Origin: a virus | Lineage: Duplodnaviria; Caudoviricetes | Length of the DNA: 64,000 bases | Reading direction: 5' to 3' (one strand) | IMG/VR virus record: IMGVR_UViG_3300031993_000010 | Span: 32,001 to 96,000 of that record | Shown here: in pieces, positions 29,133 through 37,907 of the stretch | Layout: each line of letters starts with the position of its first letter | How positions within the stretch are numbered: the first letter of the stretch is position 1 | The notes under the pieces: generated by a model | The model's input: the letters and a program-made list of their open reading frames with translations, nothing else | Databases searched by the model: none | Told to the model about the DNA's origin: nothing | Position numbers and translations under genes: made by a program

Positions 29133-29702
29133 ATGATAAGTTTTGAGAAAAGAATGCTTGAATATGCCAAGTACGGTATTTCAATGAGAACCACAAGTGA
29201 TGCAAGCGGTGTTGAATACTATGTTGTCACAATAGCCTTCAGCCCCAAATGGGATGTTGTGGAGTCTCAGGATGAAAAGGTGCGTTGTGTCAGTCAATCC
29301 AACAATGGTGAATATGTATATTTCACGGAGGTGACCAACGGTCTTGAGTGTATATTCAGTTCAATTGAAGAGACAATAGAATATAATGAAGATGTTGAGA
29401 AGAAGATTCAACTCCTGAGAGAAAAAATCGGTGAATTACAGGAACTTTTCGCAAATGAAACTTATGAAAAACTTCAGTACCTGACATTTGCCATAAGTGA
29501 ACCAACAAAAAAGAGAGGAAGAAAACCCCAATCGAAGAACGAGCCGGTAGAACCTAAAGACGAAGAAAAGAAAGAGGAGGAATTGCAGTCTCAGGAAGAA
29601 CAGAAAGAAAATACCACAACGGGCGAAAACAAAGAGGAAGCCAATGACATTGACGCCAAGATAGCGGCTGCCATGAAGAACAATAAAAGAGGCAAGAAAT
29701 GA
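29133..29702 (+). CDS. Hypothetical protein with coiled coil and disordered acidic tail
   Basis: Open ORF; stop overlaps the next start (ATGA). Confidence 0.6.
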   Translation: MISFEKRMLEYAKYGISMRTTSDASGVEYYVVTIAFSPKWDVVESQDEKVRCVSQSNNGEYVYFTEVTNGLECIFSSIEETIEYNEDVEKKIQLLREKIGELQELFANETYEKLQYLTFAISEPTKKRGRKPQSKNEPVEPKDEEKKEEELQSQEEQKENTTTGENKEEANDIDAKIAAAMKNNKRGKK

Positions 29703-29986
29703 AAGACACAGAAGACTACACCATACAGGTTGTTTCACCAAACGTGGTGATTCTGGTGGGCGGATTGCATACACAAACACCTAACTCATATATGAAGAAG
29801 GTGGTGAGGAAAATTACCAAGATGGTTGGTACTGACAGATATACCGAGTATATTGACAGCCATTTGGACAATCCGTGGGTTAGAGTGCTTGTTTTTGACA
29901 TAGACTCCTTGCCATTTGATGATAGTTTAGAAAGTATAAAAGAAAAAATAAAAATAAAGAATACCGAAGATGATGATTGCGCTTAA
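29699..29986 (+). CDS. Hypothetical protein
   Basis: Translationally coupled with both neighbours. Confidence 0.55.
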   Translation: MKDTEDYTIQVVSPNVVILVGGLHTQTPNSYMKKVVRKITKMVGTDRYTEYIDSHLDNPWVRVLVFDIDSLPFDDSLESIKEKIKIKNTEDDDCA

Positions 29987-30380
29987 GATATTTGCTTACA
30001 TATTCTTTGCGTATGGGCTAACCAACATTGTGGTGTTTGGCAGGGGACCATTTGGAATATGTGATTTGATAAGAAATTTGGCTGACAGGATTTCCGACGG
30101 CTTGGGTAAACTGTTCCATTGTCCAATGTGTTTTTCGACGTGGGTTGGGGCAGGTACATCACTGTTGGATTTGCTTTTCATCAAGAACTTTGCATTCACA
30201 CCCTTCAATCTCGTATTCTCGTGTATGGGTGGTTTTTGGATTGGGTTGCTGACAGTATTGATGGACGCCTTCCTTACATCAGGTATAGTGTGGATTCTTC
30301 ATCAGTTTGAGGAGGCACTTGAAAGACATGGATATATGACAGAAACAGAAGAGGAGATAATAGACGATGAGCAAGAATAG
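29970..30380 (+). CDS. DUF1360-like membrane protein
   Basis: Hydrophobic, with LFHCPMCFSTWVG (CPxC-W motif). Confidence 0.6.
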   Translation: MMIALKIFAYIFFAYGLTNIVVFGRGPFGICDLIRNLADRISDGLGKLFHCPMCFSTWVGAGTSLLDLLFIKNFAFTPFNLVFSCMGGFWIGLLTVLMDAFLTSGIVWILHQFEEALERHGYMTETEEEIIDDEQE

Positions 30381-30606
30381 ATTAGAGAACGAAATAGAGA
30401 AAAGTAAGGTTGAGAAAACTGCAATCGAGGCGCAGACTGAAATGAACCGTGACAAATACGCCGCATTCGTCAATGATAATTTGCATTATATCATTAACAC
30501 TACCAATGTCATGTCAAAAAGGTATAAACTTCCCTCAAGTATAAGGCGTAAGAAAAACTGTACCAAGTTTTTAATAAAATTAAAAAAGTTTTTAGGGTTA
30601 TCATGA
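30367..30606 (+). CDS. Hypothetical protein
   Basis: Overlapping gene run. Confidence 0.5.
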   Translation: MSKNRLENEIEKSKVEKTAIEAQTEMNRDKYAAFVNDNLHYIINTTNVMSKRYKLPSSIRRKKNCTKFLIKLKKFLGLS

Positions 30607-30854
30607 CATATAAAGACATATTCAAGATTGCCGAGAGTATTGAAAAAACAATACCCGAGATTGCAAAAGATAACAACGGTGTTGATGTACGCCAAAAATT
30701 GACTATGGTTATCAGTGTGTCAAGGGATGAGATTGATGACATTAATGAAAGCATGTACCTTATGGAACATCGGGATTTGCGTGGTATTGAATACACCGAC
30801 GAAATCGACATAAATGTCTATGGAATGCTTTTCAAGGTTGTGTTCAATGGTTAG
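30603..30854 (+). CDS. Hypothetical protein
   Basis: ATGA overlap with the previous gene. Confidence 0.55.
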   Translation: MTYKDIFKIAESIEKTIPEIAKDNNGVDVRQKLTMVISVSRDEIDDINESMYLMEHRDLRGIEYTDEIDINVYGMLFKVVFNG

Positions 30855-31840
30855 ATGTTTTCGTCACGGCTGATTTTAATGTCAGACCAACCTGTCTTTT
30901 CCTTTAGTTTCTCTCTCCATTTATCACACAGATTTGGATTAAGAACACCTGTGAAGAAAAGGTATTTTGACGAAGAAAACATATCAAAGAGTGTGTTGTA
31001 CAGCAAGGATGATTCCCTGCTGTTTTTGCATTGAACAAAATCGAAGTCAAAGTCGTTTTCTATTATAAGGTATTGGTTCCATATAAAGATTTGCTTGGTG
31101 TTTTCACGGGACAAATCTTTAAGTATTATGTTGTCAATCAGCCACGGACAGGTTTTCTTGTCATATACAGGATGATAGCCGTATACAACAATGTCTTTTT
31201 CTACTCTCCACGGATGTCGTTCCAATATGATTTGACTCGGGTTGTCGGTGACAGTGGTAATGACCGTGCCGTCATCTCTTTTGAAAACCGATTCGTTGCT
31301 TTCAACGGTAGGGTCTATGGTTTTTACCAGAATAATCTCATATTCCACATCGGCAAGGGTGTCGTTCTTTCCGCTTCTGAACATAACGGGAAAAACAATC
31401 TTCTTGTTTTCCTCTATCAATTCGTGATAGCGTTTGTAGGCGCTGCTCATCCACAGGAACCGACCTTTGTTAAGTTTTCTTTTTTTGTTGCGGACAACCA
31501 TTATCTTGTACTCACCCTTAACGTCGCCGTTCTTCTCTCTTTCCCGTTCCCTCGGTGTTTTGGTTCTCATGACATAATCATAATGCCATTTTCCCTTCAT
31601 CTGTCTGTTTTTCCTCTTTCTGCGAAGCCTGGTCTGCCTCCGTTTTTCCGTGGCAGCCGCCATCAGTTGACGGCGCCTCTCCTTCATTTTATCCCTCTTT
31701 TCGGATTTCCGTTCAAATTCCGCTTGTTTTTGTGCATCAGTCTTCTTTTTCCTTTTGGGTTTGGGATTGTCAGACTTCCTACGCGCCACCATCCTTTGGT
31801 AACGCCTGATTAACCGTTTGACATATTTTTTATCCGACAT
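30851..31840 (-). CDS. Hypothetical protein with extremely basic (K/R) N-terminal 100 aa
   Basis: 329-aa ORF; ATATTTAT on the minus strand at 31868-31875 upstream. Confidence 0.65.
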   Translation of the reverse strand: MSDKKYVKRLIRRYQRMVARRKSDNPKPKRKKKTDAQKQAEFERKSEKRDKMKERRRQLMAAATEKRRQTRLRRKRKNRQMKGKWHYDYVMRTKTPREREREKNGDVKGEYKIMVVRNKKRKLNKGRFLWMSSAYKRYHELIEENKKIVFPVMFRSGKNDTLADVEYEIILVKTIDPTVESNESVFKRDDGTVITTVTDNPSQIILERHPWRVEKDIVVYGYHPVYDKKTCPWLIDNIILKDLSRENTKQIFIWNQYLIIENDFDFDFVQCKNSRESSLLYNTLFDMFSSSKYLFFTGVLNPNLCDKWREKLKEKTGWSDIKISRDENI

Positions 31841-31864
31841 TTTTTAGCGAAAAAGAAGATTATT

Positions 31865-31885
31865 CAAATAAATATAGTATATTTG
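31865..31885. promoter_or_regulatory. Overlapping divergent promoters (class C on minus, class B on plus)
   Basis: caaataaatatagtatatttg contains minus-strand ATATTTAT (31868-31875) and plus-strand TAGTATATTTG (31875-31885). Confidence 0.6.
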
Positions 31886-31924
31886 CATTGTTAAAACAAT
31901 TTTTTCTATAAAACAAATAATACT

Positions 31925-32398
31925 ATGGCTAAGTTAGAGCAAGCGTCTGAAGACGTAATCAAATTCATCGAAGACATCATTGTCGAAGGTGACTACGACG
32001 GTTTCGCATCATTCCGTTTCTTCAATTGTGAAAGACAGAAAGAGTTGGTGAAAGTCACCAAGGCAAGCGCGACCACTGAGTATTTCGCAAAGACCACTGA
32101 CCTGTGTACAATCTTCGTTAACGAGAAGATTTGGGACAAACTTGAGGACAGACAGCGTGAACTTCTTGTCAAGAACGCCCTGAACGGACTTTATTATGAT
32201 GACGAGAAGGGAAAACTCGTTCTTGAACAGCCCAACCTCTCCATTTCTTCGGAGTGTTATATGAAATTCGGTTCCGAACTCGTAGATGCCGCCACAATGG
32301 TGACAATGGTCTTGAAGCAAATCAAGGACGATGAAAAGAAACTGAAAGAGGAAAAACAGGCAAAAAAGAAAAGATGGACTCCAGACCAACAGGCATGA
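31925..32398 (+). CDS. Phage metallopeptidase-like fold protein lacking HExxH (probably inactive)
   Basis: IFVNEKIWDKLEDRQRELLV resembles the putative phage metallopeptidase family, but HELxH is replaced by KNALN. Confidence 0.4.
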   Translation: MAKLEQASEDVIKFIEDIIVEGDYDGFASFRFFNCERQKELVKVTKASATTEYFAKTTDLCTIFVNEKIWDKLEDRQRELLVKNALNGLYYDDEKGKLVLEQPNLSISSECYMKFGSELVDAATMVTMVLKQIKDDEKKLKEEKQAKKKRWTPDQQA

Positions 32399-32592
32399 CC
32401 GACGAAGAACTCCTGAAGCAATTCATGGAAAACGCCATCGAAATGACGGATAGCGTTTCAGAGGAAGTTGTTGAAAGGGCGAAACAAAGTTGGGCTAAGG
32501 CTTGGAAAGATGCTGTTGAATGGCATAAAAAACATCCGAACGAAGGCAATGATGCTATCGTTCAGAATGAAACAGACAGTAGGGCGACTTAA
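32395..32592 (+). CDS. Hypothetical protein
   Basis: ATGA overlap at 32395. Confidence 0.5.
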   Translation: MTDEELLKQFMENAIEMTDSVSEEVVERAKQSWAKAWKDAVEWHKKHPNEGNDAIVQNETDSRAT

Positions 32593-32738
32593 CGGGCCGC
32601 CCTTCTTATTATACGTCTGATGGTTTTTGTCGCAGGTTTCGAGCCACCGCTTTTGTTCACCGAACCATTGGATGACTTTACGACACGGTTCACTGAACCG
32701 CCACCCGCAACTTTCTTTTTGCCACAACTACATCCCAT
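32589..32738 (-). CDS. Basic micropeptide MGCSCGKKK... (49 aa, not in ORF track)
   Basis: MGCSCGKKKVAGGGSVNRVVKSSNGSVNKSGGSKPATKTIRRIIRRAAR*; late motif at 32755-32762 and A-rich leader. Confidence 0.7.
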   Translation of the reverse strand: MGCSCGKKKVAGGGSVNRVVKSSNGSVNKSGGSKPATKTIRRIIRRAAR

Positions 32739-32761
32739 AATTTTGTCTTTTATTATAAATA

Positions 32762-32875
32762 TTATTCGTTATAGTAAAATTTGGTGACAATATCCTTAGA
32801 CACCGTTTTAGACTTACTTTTTTGTATAACCTTTTTTGCAGGTTGCTTTATTTTGTTGGGCTTACAGGAACACAT
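32762..32875 (-). CDS. Basic micropeptide MCSCKPNK... (37 aa, not in ORF track)
   Basis: MCSCKPNKIKQPAKKVIQKSKSKTVSKDIVTKFYYNE*; late motif at 32887-32894. Confidence 0.65.
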   Translation of the reverse strand: MCSCKPNKIKQPAKKVIQKSKSKTVSKDIVTKFYYNE

Positions 32876-32918
32876 TGTTTTTATTAATAAATATCTTAAC
32901 ATTTTTTAATAAAAAAGA

Positions 32919-32957
32919 TTTGGACATACAAAAACTTTATTTTACTTTTGCAAACGT
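32919..32957 (+). promoter_or_regulatory. Class A (early, host primary sigma) promoter TTTG-N20-TACTTTTG-CAAACGT
   Basis: Matches the Bacteroides -33/-7 consensus; five copies share the CAAACGT extension. Confidence 0.8.
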
Positions 32958-32981
32958 TATTCAAAATAAGCATTGATTACC

Positions 32982-33584
32982 ATGAAAGAAAATTTAAGGT
33001 TCCTTGTGGATGTGGACGATGTCCTGAGAGGCCTATGCCAAACCATGCTTAATGTCTACAACAAGGAGTTCGATGACAACAAGAAGGATGAGGACGTGAA
33101 GGTGTACTTCGTCAATGTCTCATATCCAAAGGTGGTTGAAAGATACGGCGACGCCACGAAGTGGTTTTTCCAGACACATGGACATGAACTCTTCTATGGC
33201 AGTGATGCTCTGAAGGGTGCGGCTGAAGCGATTAAGATATTGCGTGAGTATGGAACGGTACAGATAGTCACCAAACAGAGAAGCATTGAGAATAAGATAG
33301 ACACCCTTAAATGGTTCGACAAGGTTGGAATTGAATATGACAGCATTTCGTTTGTCAAGGACAAATCGGTTGTTTGCTGTGACTTCTTCATTGACGATTA
33401 CCATGAAAACTTCATCAACTGCGGCGGAGACGGTGCCGTTGGCATCATTATCAACCGCCCGTATAATGAGAATGTGGACTTGGAGGAATTGAGGGCAAAA
33501 ACCAATTTTTCCAAGATAATAAGATATGACAGTATCTTGGATTTTGCGAACGATTTGAAAAACGGTAACTTTAAAATAAACTAA
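32982..33584 (+). CDS. 5'(3')-deoxyribonucleotidase (NT5C, HAD superfamily)
   Basis: VDVDDVL, IVT, DKSVVCCDFFIDD, RPYN. Confidence 0.85.
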   Translation: MKENLRFLVDVDDVLRGLCQTMLNVYNKEFDDNKKDEDVKVYFVNVSYPKVVERYGDATKWFFQTHGHELFYGSDALKGAAEAIKILREYGTVQIVTKQRSIENKIDTLKWFDKVGIEYDSISFVKDKSVVCCDFFIDDYHENFINCGGDGAVGIIINRPYNENVDLEELRAKTNFSKIIRYDSILDFANDLKNGNFKIN

Positions 33585-33595
33585 AAATATTACAT

Positions 33596-35734
33596 ATGAA
33601 CGAATTGATTAATGAAACCGAAGAAATTAAACAAAAAAAACTGTTACTAAAAAACGCTGAACAAATCCTTAAACAGGAATTTGTCGGTATTGACAACGTG
33701 ATAGAGGGAACCCTCCTTAACATGCGCCCCTGGTTTCTATATCCTGAGTTACAGGACAAACCGCTTGTCATTTCGCTTTTTGGTATGACAGGTTCGGGAA
33801 AAACATCACTTGTCAGGCGCATTCTCCAATTGCTCGATATTGAGACCGATATGGTCTATTTCAACTTTGCCGAAATTGGTGAAATGAAATCGTGGGAGAT
33901 TGAGGATACCCTTGATGAACAGATTTCAAGTGAGAAAACCAACAGGGTTTTTGTCTACGACGAATTTCAATATGCTGCAACCCTCGACTCCCACGGTGAG
34001 GAGAAGGACAACAAGAGTGGCTTGAAACCGTTTTGGGAACTTCTCGACACGGGTATCATACACAAAAGGACATCACGCTTTGATATACAGGTTGTCAAAC
34101 GCATGATAGACTATATGACAAGAATTGACAGGCGCCACCCAATTGAATTGAAGAATGGTGTTTGGCAGAATGCTATAGATTGTCTGAATGGAGTGTCTTT
34201 GTATGACATGGGTCGTTTTCAAACATATTTTGAACTCAACCTTCCGCAAGACATAAAAGATGAAATGAATGGTCATCGGAACGGTGAAGGGGAATTCCCA
34301 TGCATAGACGATTATAACGAATCATCCGCAAAACCCACCAAGTGTAATGTGGTTGACGATGGACCGTTCTTCATCAGGGACAGTTACATGAACCGTATCC
34401 ATGAACTGTACGAGAGAATCAAACCCGGTATTGACAGAATTGACCTCCACAACGAGATGACGAAAATGAATTTCCCTGAGTTGTGTTCCTTCCTGCAGGG
34501 TATAATCAAGGAATCCGAAAAGGGGTATGACATGAACTTCAACGATTCAATCGTCTTTGTTCTTGCAAACATAGACGAAGCCTATCAGATAAGTTTCAAC
34601 GTGAACCCCGATATGCTTCCCGACCAATTCCACAAGATAACCGAAAAACTCACGATTGTCGATATCAAGGAGGCATTGAGACACAGGTTCAGAAATGAAC
34701 AGATTGCACGTCTCGGAAACCTGTTCATGATTTATCCATCCTTTTCGGAGGAATCCTTCAGAAAAATCATCGACCTGCAACTCAACAAGTACAGAAACGA
34801 TGTCCTTGAGAAGTGGGGTTTGAACATTGAGTTCGACCAAACAATAAAAGACTTTATATATACCGACTCTGTCTTTCCGACACACGGCACACGCCCAATT
34901 ATATCGGCAGTCCATGAAATCGTGAAGACAAAGTTGCCTTTAATTGTCGACAACCTCAATGAGAACGATATACACTGTGCTGAAAAGATTGTGTATTCAT
35001 ATGAAGACAATTCGGTGGTGATAAAGACATACTGTGGCGGTGAAGAGGTTAACTCGTTTCCAACAAAGACCATTTCCCGTTTGAACAGTCACAGGGGGCT
35101 GAAAGGTAAGAACGAGCAGACCTTGATTGCGACGCACGAAAGCGGGCATTTTATAATGTATGTCAAACTTTTCGGCAGGTTGCCTGAAAAAGTGTGTTCA
35201 TCCACCGTATCGAAAGACGCTGCAGGCTTTATGTTGGAGGATAGCGATGAAAGCGACAAACTCCACACCAAGGAAGACCTTCTTAACGTGATAAAGGTTT
35301 GTTTGGGTGGTTATGTAGCCGAAGGACTTGTATTCGGTGAGAACAAACGCTCGTCGGGTGCGTCACAAGACTTGAAGTCGGCTACAATAACAGCGTCGGA
35401 TATTGTAAGGAAATTCGGAATGACGGATTACGCCTTTGTTTCAACATATCTTGTCACAAGCGAAGCTACATCAGCGGGGTCTTATGTTCGTGAAGACAGT
35501 CAAATCCATTATAATGAGCTTATAAAGAACATTATCAAAGACTGTTTGGATGACGTGAAACACACCCTCATGGATGAGGATTGGAAAAAGATGTTCAAGG
35601 GTTCAGCAAAATATCTGTCAGAGAACGTCAATATGCCAAAGGAAAAGATGGCTGAACTCTACGACTTGGTACCTGATGAAAAGAAAGTTGTATACAATGA
35701 GAACTACTATAGCGAAAAACTTGAGTCATTCTGA
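33596..35734 (+). CDS. Soluble AAA+ ATPase (ClpB/ClpX-D2-like) fused to an FtsH-type M41 zinc protease
   Basis: FVGIDNV; Walker A GMTGSGKT; Walker B VFVYDE; RFRNEQIARLG; sensor HGTRPI; M41 motifs HESGH, LGGYVAE, SSGASQDL; no TM segment. Confidence 0.8.
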   Translation: MNELINETEEIKQKKLLLKNAEQILKQEFVGIDNVIEGTLLNMRPWFLYPELQDKPLVISLFGMTGSGKTSLVRRILQLLDIETDMVYFNFAEIGEMKSWEIEDTLDEQISSEKTNRVFVYDEFQYAATLDSHGEEKDNKSGLKPFWELLDTGIIHKRTSRFDIQVVKRMIDYMTRIDRRHPIELKNGVWQNAIDCLNGVSLYDMGRFQTYFELNLPQDIKDEMNGHRNGEGEFPCIDDYNESSAKPTKCNVVDDGPFFIRDSYMNRIHELYERIKPGIDRIDLHNEMTKMNFPELCSFLQGIIKESEKGYDMNFNDSIVFVLANIDEAYQISFNVNPDMLPDQFHKITEKLTIVDIKEALRHRFRNEQIARLGNLFMIYPSFSEESFRKIIDLQLNKYRNDVLEKWGLNIEFDQTIKDFIYTDSVFPTHGTRPIISAVHEIVKTKLPLIVDNLNENDIHCAEKIVYSYEDNSVVIKTYCGGEEVNSFPTKTISRLNSHRGLKGKNEQTLIATHESGHFIMYVKLFGRLPEKVCSSTVSKDAAGFMLEDSDESDKLHTKEDLLNVIKVCLGGYVAEGLVFGENKRSSGASQDLKSATITASDIVRKFGMTDYAFVSTYLVTSEATSAGSYVREDSQIHYNELIKNIIKDCLDDVKHTLMDEDWKKMFKGSAKYLSENVNMPKEKMAELYDLVPDEKKVVYNENYYSEKLESF

Positions 35735-35796
35735 CACAGGAAAGGTGTCATACTGACAAAATGTCATGAAAAAAATGACATGGTATGAAAGTTGCA
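35732..35796 (+). promoter_or_regulatory. Putative sigma54 (-24/-12) promoter with upstream TGACA/TGTCA inverted repeats, in front of dnaK
   Basis: TGGTATGAAAGTTGCA (GG 35782-83, N10, GC 35794-95); TGACAC-N7-GTGTCA, TGACA-N3-TGTCA and TGTCAT-N7-ATGACA upstream. Confidence 0.6.
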
Positions 35797-35841
35797 ATAC
35801 TAATGATGTAAAAATAATGTAAAATTAAAAACAAATAAGTT

Positions 35842-37764
35842 ATGAGCAAAAAAGCAATTGGAATTGACCTTGGGAGCACTGCGTCAGAAGTCGCTGTGTT
35901 TGAACACACTAAACCCGTTGTAATCTTCAATGAAGAGGGGTCGAACATGACACCGTCAGTTGTATCATTCAAGGACGGTGAAAGAAAAGTTGGTGCAACC
36001 GCCAAACGACAGATGATTGTTTACCCGAAGGAGACCGTCAACCTTATCAAACGTTTTATGGGTGCGACATATGCCGAATCGAAAGAGGCTATTAGTCATG
36101 TACTCTATGACGTTGTTGACAAAGATGGACAGCCCCGTGTTAAAATTGGTGACAAACTTTATTCACCTGAAGAAATCTCCGCCATCATTTTGGGCGCGCT
36201 CAAAAAGAACGCCGAGTCATATCTTGGTGAGGAGGTGACGGATGCGGTTATAACCGTACCTGCATTCTTCTCGGACAACGCAAGGGCGGCAACCAAGAAA
36301 GCGGGTGAGATGGCAGGTCTTAATGTTCTCCGTGTGATTGCCGAGCCGACCGCAGCCATACTTTCCTCAAACATTGACATGAAGAAAGGCGGAAAATATA
36401 TGGTTACTGACTTTGGTGGTTCAACTCTTGACAATTCCGTTGCGGATATTTGTGACGGTGTGGTTGAAATACTTGCCACTAACGGAGATGTTTATCTTGG
36501 TGGTTCCGATATAGACAAAGAGGTGGCAAAATGGATTGTCGACGAATACCGCAAGCAAAGCAGTATAGACCTCAATGGTGACTCACAGGCAATGTCACGT
36601 GTTATTGAGGCTGCCGAAAAGGCCAAGATAGAACTCAGTTCTTCCGCCACGGCTGAAATAAGCATCCCTTATATTACAGTGAAGGGCAACGTTCCCCAAC
36701 ACCTTACGATGCAGTTGACAAAGAGTAACTTTGAACGTCTTATCACACCCATTGTCGACAAACTCATCAATTGTGCAAAGAAAGCGGTTGAGAGTGCAGC
36801 CATTAAAAGTTCCGACCTCGACGGTATTCTGCTTGTTGGCGGTTCGTGCCGTATCCCACTCGTTCAGGAACGTCTGACCAAGGAGTTCGGTGTTCAACTG
36901 ATTAAGTCGAGCAACCTTGACCTCGCTGTTGCTGAAGGCGCTGCAATTCAAGCCAACACCCTTATTGGCGGTGAAGGGGCAAACGAAATACTTCTGCTCG
37001 ATGTTACTCCTATGAACTACAGTATTGAAACCGAAGGTGGTGTTGCGACAACACTTATCGAGTCCAATACCACAATACCATGCAAGAAGTCACAGATATT
37101 CAGCACTGCTGTAGACAATCAGCCCGCTGTTACAATCCACGTCTTGAATGGCTTGCGCCCAATGGCAAAGGATAACAAGACCGTCGGAATGTTCACATTG
37201 GACGGTATCATGCCCGCCCGTCGTGGAGTGCCGCAGATTGAGGTGACATTCGACATTGATGCCAACAGTATCCTGACCGTTACAGCGAAAGACCTTGGAA
37301 CCAACAAGGAACAGCATATCACGATAGAGAACAAGGGTAAACTCTCCGACGAGGAAGTGGAGAGATACAAAGCCGAGGCAAAAGCCTATGAAGAGGAGGA
37401 CAAAAAGAAGAAAGAGGCTGCTGAGAGGGCAAACAAGGCAGAATCCCTTGCATATCAGACAGAACAGCAACTCGACAACTTCAAGGACAACGAGAAGTTC
37501 ACCCAAGAAGACAAAGACTTCTTCAACGGTAAGGTTGAGGAGTTGAAGAAGATGAAGGAGGATGGAAACTATGACCGTCTTGACGACATTGAGAAGGAAA
37601 TGCAGACACGTTGGTTTGAGATAAGTTCCAAGTTGTATGGGAAACAGGAGAACGGAGGTGCAGGGGTTGACCCGAACATGTTTAAGGACATGTTTAATGG
37701 GGGGGCGCCGAATGGAACTGCCCAACCAACCGAGGAAGACCTGGATAATCAGGAAGTGAGTTAA
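35842..37764 (+). CDS. dnaK: Hsp70 chaperone DnaK
   Basis: IGIDLG, TPSVV, AVITVPAFF, EPTAA, LVGGS.RIP, LLLDVTP, GVPQIEVTFDIDAN. Confidence 0.97.
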   Translation: MSKKAIGIDLGSTASEVAVFEHTKPVVIFNEEGSNMTPSVVSFKDGERKVGATAKRQMIVYPKETVNLIKRFMGATYAESKEAISHVLYDVVDKDGQPRVKIGDKLYSPEEISAIILGALKKNAESYLGEEVTDAVITVPAFFSDNARAATKKAGEMAGLNVLRVIAEPTAAILSSNIDMKKGGKYMVTDFGGSTLDNSVADICDGVVEILATNGDVYLGGSDIDKEVAKWIVDEYRKQSSIDLNGDSQAMSRVIEAAEKAKIELSSSATAEISIPYITVKGNVPQHLTMQLTKSNFERLITPIVDKLINCAKKAVESAAIKSSDLDGILLVGGSCRIPLVQERLTKEFGVQLIKSSNLDLAVAEGAAIQANTLIGGEGANEILLLDVTPMNYSIETEGGVATTLIESNTTIPCKKSQIFSTAVDNQPAVTIHVLNGLRPMAKDNKTVGMFTLDGIMPARRGVPQIEVTFDIDANSILTVTAKDLGTNKEQHITIENKGKLSDEEVERYKAEAKAYEEEDKKKKEAAERANKAESLAYQTEQQLDNFKDNEKFTQEDKDFFNGKVEELKKMKEDGNYDRLDDIEKEMQTRWFEISSKLYGKQENGGAGVDPNMFKDMFNGGAPNGTAQPTEEDLDNQEVS

Positions 37765-37784
37765 TCTTTCAAGATAAGAGACTG

Positions 37785-37827
37785 ATGACAGCCGAGTTCA
37801 AATATTCGGCTGTCATTAAGTTTTTTT
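37785..37827 (+). terminator. Terminator after dnaK
   Basis: atgacagccga...tcggctgtcat hairpin with a downstream T run. Confidence 0.75.
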
Positions 37828-37839
37828 AAGAAAAGAAAT

Positions 37840-37877
37840 TTTGGCGAAACAAAAAAGGTTCTTACCTTTGCAAACGT
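37840..37877 (+). promoter_or_regulatory. Class A promoter TTTG-N19-TACCTTTG-CAAACGT
   Basis: Bacteroides consensus, upstream of dnaJ. Confidence 0.8.
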
Positions 37878-37907
37878 AATCAAACGTAAAATTGAAAAGT
37901 ATAGAAT

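Noticed and set aside
31031-31813. 260-aa + strand ORF (and other long antisense ORFs such as 37090..37725 and 38010..38567)
   Set aside because: These are shadows of genuine opposite-strand genes; they lack promoter, leader and recognisable motifs.
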